From an uncultured delta proteobacterium (GTDB taxonomy: Bacteria > Desulfobacterota > Syntrophia > Syntrophales > UBA5619), in contig CAWFOM010000001.1 of assembly GCA_963817385.1 (NCBI GenBank), positions 128,001-192,000 on the forward strand: a DNA stretch of 64,000 nucleotides, written 5' to 3'. The position numbers and the translations under genes were made by a program. The notes under the pieces are model-generated. The model saw only the letters and a program-made list of their open reading frames with translations. It was not told the origin of the DNA and made no database searches. Positions 20,130-29,237 of this stretch are shown in pieces (position 1 is the first letter of the stretch; each line of letters begins with the position of its first letter).

Positions 20130-21176
20130 ATGGACTTTAACCCGAATTTTCTGACGACGCACGTTGGCAGCATGCCGCACACGCAGCTCGACGGCCTGTG
20201 CCGGCAATTGATGGACGCAATGGATATTCCCGCCTGGCCGCAAATGACCAGGCGGGTTTTCCGGGAGAGCATGTATATCCAGTACAGTGCCGGACTGCCC
20301 GGACTCGTGGTTGATGCCGCCAGGGAGAAGATCTTCTTCGACACGACCAATGACCTGACGCCGGCGCTGGAGGCGTTCTACGAGCGCTACCTGGCCGACG
20401 ATGTAGAAGCATTTTCCCTGGCGCCGGAAGATGCAGCCGGTTTTTACGGCATGCTGGAGGTCCTTCGCGCCAAACCGGGAGAGTGGTGCAAGGGCCAGGT
20501 CGTCGGACCGATCAGCTTCGGCCTTACCATCACCGACCAGAACTTGCGCGCCAGCCTCTATGACGAAATGCTGACCGATGCCGTCATCAAGAATATGGCG
20601 ATGAAGGCGCGCTGGCAGGTGCGGCAACTGCGCACGGTGCGCCCCCATGTTCTGATGTGCGTGGACGAACCGTACATGGCCTCCTTCGGCTCGGCCTACA
20701 TCAGCCTGAACCGCGAGCGGGCGATCGCCATGCTGGACGAAATCTTTGCCGCTATTCATCAGGAGGGCGCGTTGGCCGGCGTGCATTGCTGCGCGAATAC
20801 GGACTGGTCCGTCCTTCTGGCGACCTCTGTCGATTTTCTCAACCTGGATGCCTACGGCTACCTTGAGAACCTCGCCCTCTACCCGAATGAGCTGCGGGCG
20901 TTTCTGGATCGCGGGGGGATTATTGCCTGGGGACTGGTGCCAAACTCGGAGGAGATCGACAACACCACACCGACGCAACTGGCGGAGCGCCTCTGGCGGG
21001 GCCTGGAGGCACTGAAAGCGAGCGCGAAGATCCGGGGCGTCGCGCTTAACGCGGAAGAGTTCGCAACCCGCAGTCTTATCACCCCCGCTTGCGGGCTTGG
21101 CTCGACGACCGTTGCGATTGCCGGGCGCGTCCTGGAGAGTCTGCAGGAAACAGCCGAACGGGCACGACGGGGGTAA
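20130..21176 (+). CDS. core (single-barrel) cobalamin-independent methionine synthase, MesB-like
   Basis: VGSMPH, PAWPQ, KGQVVGP, DEP, Zn ligands GVHCC and TPACGLG; no folate-binding N-terminal barrel. Confidence 0.7.
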   Translation: MDFNPNFLTTHVGSMPHTQLDGLCRQLMDAMDIPAWPQMTRRVFRESMYIQYSAGLPGLVVDAAREKIFFDTTNDLTPALEAFYERYLADDVEAFSLAPEDAAGFYGMLEVLRAKPGEWCKGQVVGPISFGLTITDQNLRASLYDEMLTDAVIKNMAMKARWQVRQLRTVRPHVLMCVDEPYMASFGSAYISLNRERAIAMLDEIFAAIHQEGALAGVHCCANTDWSVLLATSVDFLNLDAYGYLENLALYPNELRAFLDRGGIIAWGLVPNSEEIDNTTPTQLAERLWRGLEALKASAKIRGVALNAEEFATRSLITPACGLGSTTVAIAGRVLESLQETAERARRG

Positions 21177-21303
21177 GCCGATCTCCCAGGCGCGGCCTCT
21201 GCGCGGCGATTGCTTGCGGATACACACACGATAAAATTTCCGATTGACAGCCGCAAAAAAAACTGTTAGGGGAAACTCAACTATCGAAAAGAGCGAAACG
21301 AAT

Positions 21304-21375
21304 ATGAAGATAACGATCGCAGGGAAGAACTGGTGGTGGTGGAACAACACGAGGGAGGGGTTTGTCCACTGCTGA
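21304..21375 (+). CDS. trpL: trp operon leader peptide (23 aa, MKITIAGKNWWWWNNTREGFVHC)
   Basis: Four consecutive TGG codons (21331-21342) upstream of terminators and trpE. Confidence 0.92.
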   Translation: MKITIAGKNWWWWNNTREGFVHC

Positions 21376-21396
21376 TCAGATGAACGAATGAAGATG

Positions 21397-21435
21397 AAAG
21401 CCGTGGGGACCTCTTCCGGGACCCACGGCTTTTTT
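21397..21435 (+). terminator. trp attenuator terminator 1
   Basis: AAAGCCGTGGG / CCCACGGCTTT, ending in a six-T run. Confidence 0.88.
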
Positions 21436-21446
21436 GTATAGCGCGC

Positions 21447-21479
21447 AAAAAGGCCGTGACGATTCACGGCCTTTTTTTT
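21447..21479 (+). terminator. trp attenuator terminator 2
   Basis: AAAAAGGCCGTGA-CGAT-TCACGGCCTTTTTTTT. Confidence 0.88.
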
Positions 21480-21509
21480 ATGATGCGCACCAGGAAAGAG
21501 GAATGGACC

Positions 21510-22991
21510 ATGTATGCACCGGACTTTGAATCGTTTGCGAAGATGGCTAAAGGGGGAAACCTGATCCCCGTCTTTCGGGAGATCATCGCCGATACGGAAA
21601 CCCCCGTCACCGCCCTCATGAAACTGGCGGAGAGCCCCCATCTCTTTCTCCTGGAGAGCGTGGAGGGAGGGGAAAAATGGGGGCGCTACAGCTTCCTCGG
21701 GGCGGACCTCCTGGCGACCTTTCGCGTACAGGGCGGCGAGGTCGTCATCGAGGAGGACGGTGCGGTGCAGCGGCGCCCCCACGGGGGCGATCCCCTGCGC
21801 TTACTGAAAGAACTCCTCAGCCGCTACCGGCCCGTTCATGTGGAAGGGCTGCCGCGGTTCTTCGGAGGGGCCGTCGGATTTCTCGGCTACGACATGGTCC
21901 GCTATTTCGAGAAGCTCCCCGCAGGTGCCGGCGGAGATGTTCCGGCCGACGACGCCGTCTTCATGATCACCGACTCGATCGTCATCTTCGACAACGTCCG
22001 CCACACGATCAAGGTGGTTGCGTGCGCCTTCACCGAAGGGGAGGAAGACCTGCGGCCGGCATACGACGGGGCGCTGGCCAGGATCGAGGCGATGATCGAC
22101 CTTCTCAGGGCCCCCTGTCCCGTGAAGGCCGCCGCGATGCGGAACGAGGCCCTTCCCTTCCGGTCCGACATGACCCCGGATACGTTCAAATCCATGGTCG
22201 TCCGGGCCAAGGAGTACATCGCCCAGGGGGACATCATCCAGGTGGTCCTCTCCCAGCGGTTCCAGCGGGATTCCACGGCGGACCCGGTCGATCTCTACCG
22301 GGCGCTCCGCCATGTGAACCCTTCCCCCTACCTCTTCTTCCTCCGGCTCGAGGAGATGCATCTCATCGGCTCCTCGCCGGAGGTCATGGTCCGCCTCGAG
22401 GAGGGGATCGCCGAACTCAAGCCCATCGCGGGGACGAGGAGGCGGGGGGAAACCGAGCAGGAGGACCGGCGGCTTGCCGACGAACTTCTCGAGGACCCCA
22501 AGGAGCGGGCGGAGCACGTCATGCTCGTCGATCTGGGCAGGAACGACCTCGGGCGGATCGCCCGGACCGGAAGCGTCCAGGTGGGCCAGCTCATGGCGGT
22601 GGAGCGCTACTCCCACGTCATGCACCTCGTCTCGGACATCCAGGCGCAGATAGCCCCGCAGAAAGACTGCTACGACGTCCTCAGGGCAACCTTCCCCGCG
22701 GGAACCCTCTCCGGGGCGCCGAAGGTCCGCGCGATGGAGATCATTGCGGAACTGGAGCCCTCCCGCCGGGGACCTTACGGCGGCGCCGTGGGGTACTTCA
22801 GCTACGACGGCAACATGGATTTCTGCATCACGATCCGGACCATGCTGATCAGAGACGGGAAGATCTTCCTCCAGGCCGGCGCCGGCATCGTGGCCGATTC
22901 CGACCCGGAGGCGGAGTATAAAGAAACGCTCGGCAAGGCGGAGGGGATGGTCCAGGCCGTCCGCCTCGCCGAGTCAGGTTTTGAACTTTAG
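21510..22991 (+). CDS. trpE: anthranilate synthase component I
   Basis: LLESVEGG..GRYSF, GDIIQVVLSQR, NPSPY, PIAGTR, AEHVMLVDLGRND, FPAGTLSGAPK. Confidence 0.95.
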   Translation: MYAPDFESFAKMAKGGNLIPVFREIIADTETPVTALMKLAESPHLFLLESVEGGEKWGRYSFLGADLLATFRVQGGEVVIEEDGAVQRRPHGGDPLRLLKELLSRYRPVHVEGLPRFFGGAVGFLGYDMVRYFEKLPAGAGGDVPADDAVFMITDSIVIFDNVRHTIKVVACAFTEGEEDLRPAYDGALARIEAMIDLLRAPCPVKAAAMRNEALPFRSDMTPDTFKSMVVRAKEYIAQGDIIQVVLSQRFQRDSTADPVDLYRALRHVNPSPYLFFLRLEEMHLIGSSPEVMVRLEEGIAELKPIAGTRRRGETEQEDRRLADELLEDPKERAEHVMLVDLGRNDLGRIARTGSVQVGQLMAVERYSHVMHLVSDIQAQIAPQKDCYDVLRATFPAGTLSGAPKVRAMEIIAELEPSRRGPYGGAVGYFSYDGNMDFCITIRTMLIRDGKIFLQAGAGIVADSDPEAEYKETLGKAEGMVQAVRLAESGFEL

Positions 22992-23020
22992 AAGGGTGCA
23001 AAAAAACACCCTGGTTTCCA

Positions 23021-23140
23021 GGCTGTTCAAAAATGTTTAGATGCAAGGCGTGCAAAAGCCGAAGAGCGAGACGTATATGGAAATACGTTGAGCGATGAGG
23101 ATTGCAGCGCAACGCAGCAGATGAGCGTTTTTCAACAGCC
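23021..23140. mobile_element. 120-bp MITE-like element with GGCTGTT(C/G)AAAAA ends
   Basis: Terminal IRs GGCTGTTCAAAAATG / CGTTTTTCAACAGCC; core homologous to 52291-52416. Confidence 0.7.
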
Positions 23141-23161
23141 GGTTAAACAAGGAGGAAAACC

Positions 23162-23752
23162 ATGATACTAATGATCGACAACTATGATTCCTTTACCTAC
23201 AACCTGGTCCAGTACCTGGGCCAGCTCGGGGAGGAGGTGGCCGTCCGCCGGAACGACGCGATCTCTCTCGTCGAGATCGAGGCGATGAAACCGGAGGCGA
23301 TCTTTCTCTCCCCCGGCCCCTGTTCGCCGGAGCAGGCGGGAATCACCGTCGACGTGGTCCGGACGTTCCACACGAAGATCCCTATCCTGGGAGTCTGCCT
23401 GGGTCACCAGGCGATCGGCCAAGCTTTCGGCGGCCGGGTCGTCCGGGCGGGGAGGATCATGCACGGCAAGACCTCTCCGATCCTCAACGACGGGCGGACG
23501 ATCTTCGCGGGGCTCGCCAGCCCCTTTCCGGCGGGCCGGTACCACTCGCTCATCGTGGAGCGGGAAAGCCTTCCCGACTGCCTGGAGATCAGCGCGGAGA
23601 CGGAGGAAGGGGAGATCATGGGGCTCCGGCACAAACGATGGCCCGTGGAGGGGATCCAGTTCCATCCCGAATCGATCCTGACGCCGGGCGGAAAACGGAT
23701 TATCCGGAATTTCCTCAAACTGATCGACCGAAAAAGGGGGTGCGACGCATGA
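23162..23752 (+). CDS. trpG: anthranilate synthase component II
   Basis: [33 protein letters not shown]. Confidence 0.95.
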   Translation: MILMIDNYDSFTYNLVQYLGQLGEEVAVRRNDAISLVEIEAMKPEAIFLSPGPCSPEQAGITVDVVRTFHTKIPILGVCLGHQAIGQAFGGRVVRAGRIMHGKTSPILNDGRTIFAGLASPFPAGRYHSLIVERESLPDCLEISAETEEGEIMGLRHKRWPVEGIQFHPESILTPGGKRIIRNFLKLIDRKRGCDA

Positions 23753-24762
23753 TCAAGGAAGGGATTGCCAAAACAGTCCGCGGGGAGGACCTGCGGGAAG
23801 CGGAGATGATGACCGTCATGACGGAAGTGATGGAGGGGGAAGCGACGCCCGCTCAGATCGCCGCCTTTATGACCGCTCTTCGGATGAAGGGGGAGACGGT
23901 GGAGGAGGTGACGGGGGCGGCCCGCATCATGCGGCAGAAGGCGACACGGATCGACGCCCGCTCGTCGATTGTTGTGGACACCTGCGGGACGGGCGGGGAC
24001 GGGAGCAACACCTTCAACATTTCCACGACGACCGCCTTCGTCGTCGCGGCGGCCGGTCTCATCGTGGCCAAGCACGGAAACCGGGCGGTCTCCAGCGGCT
24101 GCGGGAGCGCGGACGTCCTGGAGGCACTCGGTGTCAAGATCGACGCGGGTCCGGAGGTCGTGGAGGAGTGCCTCCAGGAAATCGGCATCGGCTTCCTCTT
24201 CGCACCCCGGCTCCACGGGGCGATGAAATACGCGATCGGCCCCCGCCGGGAGATCGGCATCCGGACGATCTTCAACATGCTGGGACCGCTCACGAACCCC
24301 GCCGGCGCAACCTCCCAGCTCATCGGGGTATACGATCCGAAGCTCACGGAGATGTTCGCCGGGGTCCTCAAAAACCTGGGAACCCGGCGGGCCTTCATCG
24401 TCCACGGCGCCGACGGCCTTGACGAGGCGACCGTCACGAGGGAAACCCGGGTCTCAGAGCTGAAGGAGGGACTGATCACAACCTACAACCTCGATCCCCT
24501 GGATCTCTTCGGCGAGACCTCCCCGGCTGCCGATCTCCGGGGCGGTGACGCCGAGGCGAACGCCCGGATCACGACGGAGGTCCTGAGCGGCGGCCGGCCG
24601 GGGGCATGCCGGCAGATCGTTATCCTGAACGCGGCCCTCGCCATCGTGGCGGGGGGCAAGGCCGGAACGATTCAGGAGGGAATGGCGACCGCCGGGGCGT
24701 GCATCGACAGCGGCGCCGCCCTCAAGAAACTCCAGGCGCTGGTTGCGCGGAGCAACAGTTGA
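23749..24762 (+). CDS. trpD: anthranilate phosphoribosyltransferase
   Basis: [30 protein letters not shown]. Confidence 0.95.
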   Translation: MIKEGIAKTVRGEDLREAEMMTVMTEVMEGEATPAQIAAFMTALRMKGETVEEVTGAARIMRQKATRIDARSSIVVDTCGTGGDGSNTFNISTTTAFVVAAAGLIVAKHGNRAVSSGCGSADVLEALGVKIDAGPEVVEECLQEIGIGFLFAPRLHGAMKYAIGPRREIGIRTIFNMLGPLTNPAGATSQLIGVYDPKLTEMFAGVLKNLGTRRAFIVHGADGLDEATVTRETRVSELKEGLITTYNLDPLDLFGETSPAADLRGGDAEANARITTEVLSGGRPGACRQIVILNAALAIVAGGKAGTIQEGMATAGACIDSGAALKKLQALVARSNS

Positions 24763-24772
24763 GGATAATCGC

Positions 24773-25570
24773 ATGATTCTGGATGATATCATCGCGGTCA
24801 AGCGCCGCGAGGTGGCCGAAAGGAAGGACGCGATCCCCCTCTCCGCGCTGGAGACGACCATCTCGGGGATGCCGCCAACCCGCGATTTTCGGAAGGCGCT
24901 CGCCGGCGGGGGCTGCGCGATCATCGCCGAGGTGAAGCGGCGCTCACCCTCCCGGGGGGTGATCCGGGAAGATTTCGACCCCGTCCGGATCGCCGGCGCG
25001 TATGAAGAAAACGGGGCGGCTGCCGTCTCCGTCCTTACGGACGAGACCTTTTTCGGGGGGAGCAGCGGCGATCTCACCGCCGTAAAAGGCGCGATCTCGC
25101 TTCCCGTCCTCCGGAAGGAGTTCATCATCGACCCCTGGCAGATCCACGAGACGCGGGCGATCGGCGCCGACGCGCTCCTCCTCATCGCGGCCATCCTCGG
25201 GGAGAATCAGCTTCGGGAATTTCGTGAACTCGCCGCATCGCTGGGGCTGGCCTCCCTGGTGGAGATCCATAACCGCCGCGAGCTGGAGAAGGCGCTCGCC
25301 TCCGGTGCGGAGATCATCGGGATCAACAACCGGGACCTGAGGAGCTTCACGACCGACATCGCGACATCGCTTGCCCTCGCCCCGCTCATCCCGGCGGACC
25401 GGATCATCGTCAGCGAAAGCGGGATCCATTCGCGGGCGGAGATCGAAACCTTGGTGCAGGCGGGGATCCGGGCCTTCCTGATCGGTGAGGCGCTGGTCGC
25501 ATCACCGGACATCGGGGCGACACTGAGGGGTTTTCTTGGAGCCGACTTATCGGGGGAACGGCAACAATGA
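24773..25570 (+). CDS. trpC: indole-3-glycerol-phosphate synthase
   Basis: IAEVKRRSPS, SVLTD, LRKEFI, GINNRDL, ESGI. Confidence 0.95.
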   Translation: MILDDIIAVKRREVAERKDAIPLSALETTISGMPPTRDFRKALAGGGCAIIAEVKRRSPSRGVIREDFDPVRIAGAYEENGAAAVSVLTDETFFGGSSGDLTAVKGAISLPVLRKEFIIDPWQIHETRAIGADALLLIAAILGENQLREFRELAASLGLASLVEIHNRRELEKALASGAEIIGINNRDLRSFTTDIATSLALAPLIPADRIIVSESGIHSRAEIETLVQAGIRAFLIGEALVASPDIGATLRGFLGADLSGERQQ

Positions 25571-26283
25571 CGGAGATCAAGATCTGCGGGATCACGCGCC
25601 TCGAAGACGCCCTCTGCGCCGTCGAGAGCGGGGCGGACGCCGTCGGGTTCATCTTCCACCCGGCGAGCCCGCGGTACATCGCGCCCGATCAGGCACGGGA
25701 GATCATCGCGCAGCTTCCCGGGAAGATCGCGAAGGTCGGCGTCTTCGTCAACTGGCCCGCGGAAGAAGTGGAGCGGACAATGGAGGCGTGCGGCCTCGAC
25801 CTGATCCAGCTCCACGGCGACGAATCCCCCGCCTACTGCCGCCTCCTTCCCCCCGGACGGGTGATCAAGGCCGTCTTTCTGCGGACGCCCGAGGAGCTTG
25901 CGCGGCTTGCGGAGTACGAGGTCCGGGCTTTCCTCGCGGACGCCCGGGATGCCGGTCGCTACGGGGGGACAGGGAAGCGGGCCGACTGGGAGCTCGCCGC
26001 CCGGCTCGCGGAGTCGCACCCCCTGATCCTCGCCGGCGGTCTCGCCGAGGAGAATGTCGCGGAGGCCCTCGCCGCCGTCGCCCCCCGCGGCGTGGACATC
26101 AACAGCGGCTGCGAGCGGACGCCGGGGATCAAGGACCATGACCGTCTGCGGCGGATCATTGGGATGGTTCGGGGGATGGTTCGAGGGATGGACCCCGCGG
26201 GAGGCGCGCCCGGATCGAACGTCATATTCGATGCCCGCAGAGAAATTCAGGACAGCCTCAAATCCGGAAAGGAAATACCATGA
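25567..26283 (+). CDS. trpF: phosphoribosylanthranilate isomerase
   Basis: KICGIT, QLHGDE, GGTG, LAGGL, DINSG, PGIKD. Confidence 0.93.
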   Translation: MTEIKICGITRLEDALCAVESGADAVGFIFHPASPRYIAPDQAREIIAQLPGKIAKVGVFVNWPAEEVERTMEACGLDLIQLHGDESPAYCRLLPPGRVIKAVFLRTPEELARLAEYEVRAFLADARDAGRYGGTGKRADWELAARLAESHPLILAGGLAEENVAEALAAVAPRGVDINSGCERTPGIKDHDRLRRIIGMVRGMVRGMDPAGGAPGSNVIFDARREIQDSLKSGKEIP

Positions 26284-27476
26284 CACGAACACAACCCGAC
26301 AAACGCGGCCACTTCGGGATCTTCGGCGGGCGTTACGCGGCCGAGACCCTGATGCCCGCCCTGCTGGAACTGGAGGCCGCCTATCGTACGGCGAAAAAGG
26401 ACCCATCCTTTAAAAAGGAGTTCGCCTTCTACCTGCATGAGTACGCGGGGCGGGAGACGCCCCTCTATGAGGCGCGGAGGCTCACGGAGGCCTTGGGCGG
26501 CGCGAAGATCTACCTCAAGCGGGAGGACATGAACCATACCGGTTCGCACAAGATCAACAACACTCTCGGACAGGTCCTCCTCGCCCGGCGGATGGGGAAG
26601 AAAAAGGTGATCGCCGAGACCGGGGCGGGCCAGCACGGCGTGGCCACCGCGACGGCGGCGGCGCTCTTCGGGATGGAGTGCCGGATCTTCATGGGGGAGG
26701 AGGACATCCGGCGGCAGTCCCACAACGTCCACCGGATGCGGATCCTCGGCGCCGAGGTGGTCCCCGTCGCCGCCGGGACGGCGACCCTCAAGGACGCGAT
26801 GAACGAGGCGATGCGCGCCTGGGTCACCGCGGTCCGCGACACCTTCTACGTCATCGGCACCACGGCCGGCCCCCACCCCTACCCGGTCATGGTCCGCGAT
26901 TTCCAGAGCGTCATCGGCCGGGAGGCGAGGCGGCAGATCCTGAAGAAGGAAGGAAGGCTCCCCGATGGCCTCATCGCCTGCATCGGCGGCGGGAGCAACG
27001 CCCTGGGGCTCTTCCACCCCTTCCTGGGCGATCCCGGCGTATCCCTGACCGGCGTCGAGGCGGCCGGAAAAGGGCTCGACACGGCGCTCCATGCGGCGAG
27101 CATCACGGCAGGCTGGATCGGCGTCCTCCACGGGAACAAGACCTATCTCCTCCAGGACGAGCACGGCCAGGTCCGGGACGCCTACGCGATCGCCGCCGGC
27201 CTCGACTATCCCGGCGTGGGGCCGGAGCATGCCTGGCTCCACGACACGGGGCGCGCCCGCTACGTCGCTGTCACGGACGCGGAGGCGGTGGAGGCCTTCG
27301 TCACGCTCTCCCGCCAGGAGGGGATCATCCCCGCCCTGGAGAGCGCCCATGCCGTCGCTTACGCGATCAAGACGGTGCCGGCCATGGCAAAGGAGAAGAT
27401 CGTGATCATCAACCTCTCCGGCCGGGGAGACAAGGATGCGGAGACGATCGCCGCGATGAGGGAGGAAAAGAGATAA
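26280..27476 (+). CDS. trpB: tryptophan synthase beta chain
   Basis: [41 protein letters not shown]. Confidence 0.96.
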   Translation: MTRTQPDKRGHFGIFGGRYAAETLMPALLELEAAYRTAKKDPSFKKEFAFYLHEYAGRETPLYEARRLTEALGGAKIYLKREDMNHTGSHKINNTLGQVLLARRMGKKKVIAETGAGQHGVATATAAALFGMECRIFMGEEDIRRQSHNVHRMRILGAEVVPVAAGTATLKDAMNEAMRAWVTAVRDTFYVIGTTAGPHPYPVMVRDFQSVIGREARRQILKKEGRLPDGLIACIGGGSNALGLFHPFLGDPGVSLTGVEAAGKGLDTALHAASITAGWIGVLHGNKTYLLQDEHGQVRDAYAIAAGLDYPGVGPEHAWLHDTGRARYVAVTDAEAVEAFVTLSRQEGIIPALESAHAVAYAIKTVPAMAKEKIVIINLSGRGDKDAETIAAMREEKR

Positions 27477-28283
27477 TGGGACGGATCGAAGCGAAATTCG
27501 CGGCACTGAAAAAGGCGAACCGGAAGGCGTTCGTCGCCTACCTGACGGCGGGCGATCCGGATCTGGAGACCACCGCAAGAGCTGATCCCCGCTCTGGAAG
27601 CCGCCGGGGTGGACGTCGTCGAGATCGGCGTCCCCTTCTCGGACCCGACGGCAGACGGTCCCGCGATCCAGGCCGCCTCCCAGCGCGCTCTCAAACGGGG
27701 GGCCACCCTGGCGAAGATCCTCGCGATGATCGCCGGGCTTCGCCAAACGAGCACAATGCCGATCGTCCTGTTCGGCTACTACAACCCGATCCTCAGCTAC
27801 GGACCGGAGAAGTTCGCGGCGGACGCGGCGGCCTCCGGCGTAGACGGCATCCTCGTCGTCGATCTCCCCCCCGAGGAGGCGGACGAACTGCGCCGCTTCA
27901 CGGACCCGGCGGGGCTGGCGTTCATCACGCTCATCGCCCCGACGACCGATCCGGCGCGCGCGCGGAAGATCCTCCGGGGAGCGACGGGGTTCGTCTACTA
28001 CATCTCGGTGACCGGCGTCACGGGAACGGCCGTCCCCCGGCCCGATGATGTCCGGCAGGACGTGGAGAGACTCAGGGGAATGACGGCGCTTCCTGTCGCC
28101 GTGGGCTTCGGCATCTCCACGCCCGACCAGGCGGCAGCCATCGCCCCCCTGGCCGACGGCGTCGTCGTCGGGAGCGCCCTGGTCCGCCTGATCGGTGAGA
28201 AGGGTGAACACATCGATCTCATCCCGGCCGCAGCAACATTCGCGGCGACAATCCGCCGCGCGATCGACGCCGCCTCGCATTGA
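27476..28283 (+). CDS. trpA: tryptophan synthase alpha chain (+1 frameshift near 27578)
   Basis: YLTAGDP, then EIGVPFSDPTADGP, YYNP, GVTG, VGFGI, VVGSA. Confidence 0.92.
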
Positions 28284-28373
28284 GCGCCTTGCCGACTGCC
28301 ACCATGCCGGAATTCAGAACGGTAATTGGTCTTGAAACTCAAGCGATCCTCAATTGATCATGCCGCATTAACA

Positions 28374-28616
28374 TCATAAAGACATTGCTTTTACAGTGGA
28401 TTCTGCTGAGGATACAGGCTGCAGAGATACCCATGTACGCAATTCTGCCCTTGTGCGCGGAGGTAATGAGGAAAAGGTATGCATTCCCTGTCGATCGTCG
28501 AGGCTGTCAATAAATAGCAATTCATTCTTATGGCCAGCCCTCTTTCCTATAATGAGAATGCACATAATGAAAAATACGCATAAAATCAGAAGCAATGAAA
28601 CCATTATCAAAATCAT
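28374..28616 (-). CDS. small single-pass membrane protein, hypothetical
   Basis: SD-like GAGGGAG; hydrophobic N-terminus MILIMVSLLLILCVFFIMCILII. Confidence 0.35.
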   Translation of the reverse strand: MILIMVSLLLILCVFFIMCILIIGKRAGHKNELLFIDSLDDRQGMHTFSSLPPRTRAELRTWVSLQPVSSAESTVKAMSL

Positions 28617-28932
28617 CTCTCCCTCCCTCATAAGACCATTCCGGGGAAATTTCCGGATTTCAAAGTCTACGACGATAGACATTTTGTCATTGCCGCTCTC
28701 AGTGTTAGTTGTACAAAATTCGTCCCATCCTAATTTTACACGTGTATCAATCAAATTTTTTGAAGGAATTTTAGCAAGAAAAAAGAAAGGAGGTGCTGGG
28801 AGACCATTTCTGTTCCCCCAGCGAGGAAGAAATGAAAAAAATGGGAAACCTGATTGCATAATTGATCGTTTATACTGTCTGCTATCCGTGCCCGTTACGT
28901 TCAGCCGACAGCTTACCTTTGTACATAGGTAT

Positions 28933-28948
28933 TACAGGATGTGTGCCA
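28933..28948 (-). promoter_or_regulatory. possible sigma54 promoter
   Basis: TGGCACACATCCTGTA (GG-N10-GT, one mismatch to GC) with two palindromic sites upstream at 29034 and 29124. Confidence 0.4.
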
Positions 28949-29237
28949 AAGTCGGATAAATTACTTAACCTGTGATAATATAATTGCAAACTCAGATTTT
29001 CGAGAAATGACAAAAGTGGAAATAGCGGACTATTTTCGACATAAATTGTCGGCTACTTTCGGGAATGTAATAGTAATCCTTATAATTGTAGATAGTTATT
29101 ATCGTGTGCTTTTTGTATGGTATGCCGACAAAATTGTCGAAAGTCATCGTCAGCGGGTATCGTGGCGAGGCACGACGCGACTGCTGCCATGGCAAACGCC
29201 ATACAGCCGGCACGGGTGAAATGATTACGGCAACGTT

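Noticed and set aside
26161..26191. 12-bp tandem repeat in trpF ([10 protein letters not shown])
   Set aside because: Only 2.5 copies, in frame, in a non-conserved tail
19968..28280. Long antisense/alternate-frame ORFs (e.g. 19968-21782, 26247-28280)
   Set aside because: Shadows of high-GC codon usage opposite well-supported genes; no motifs
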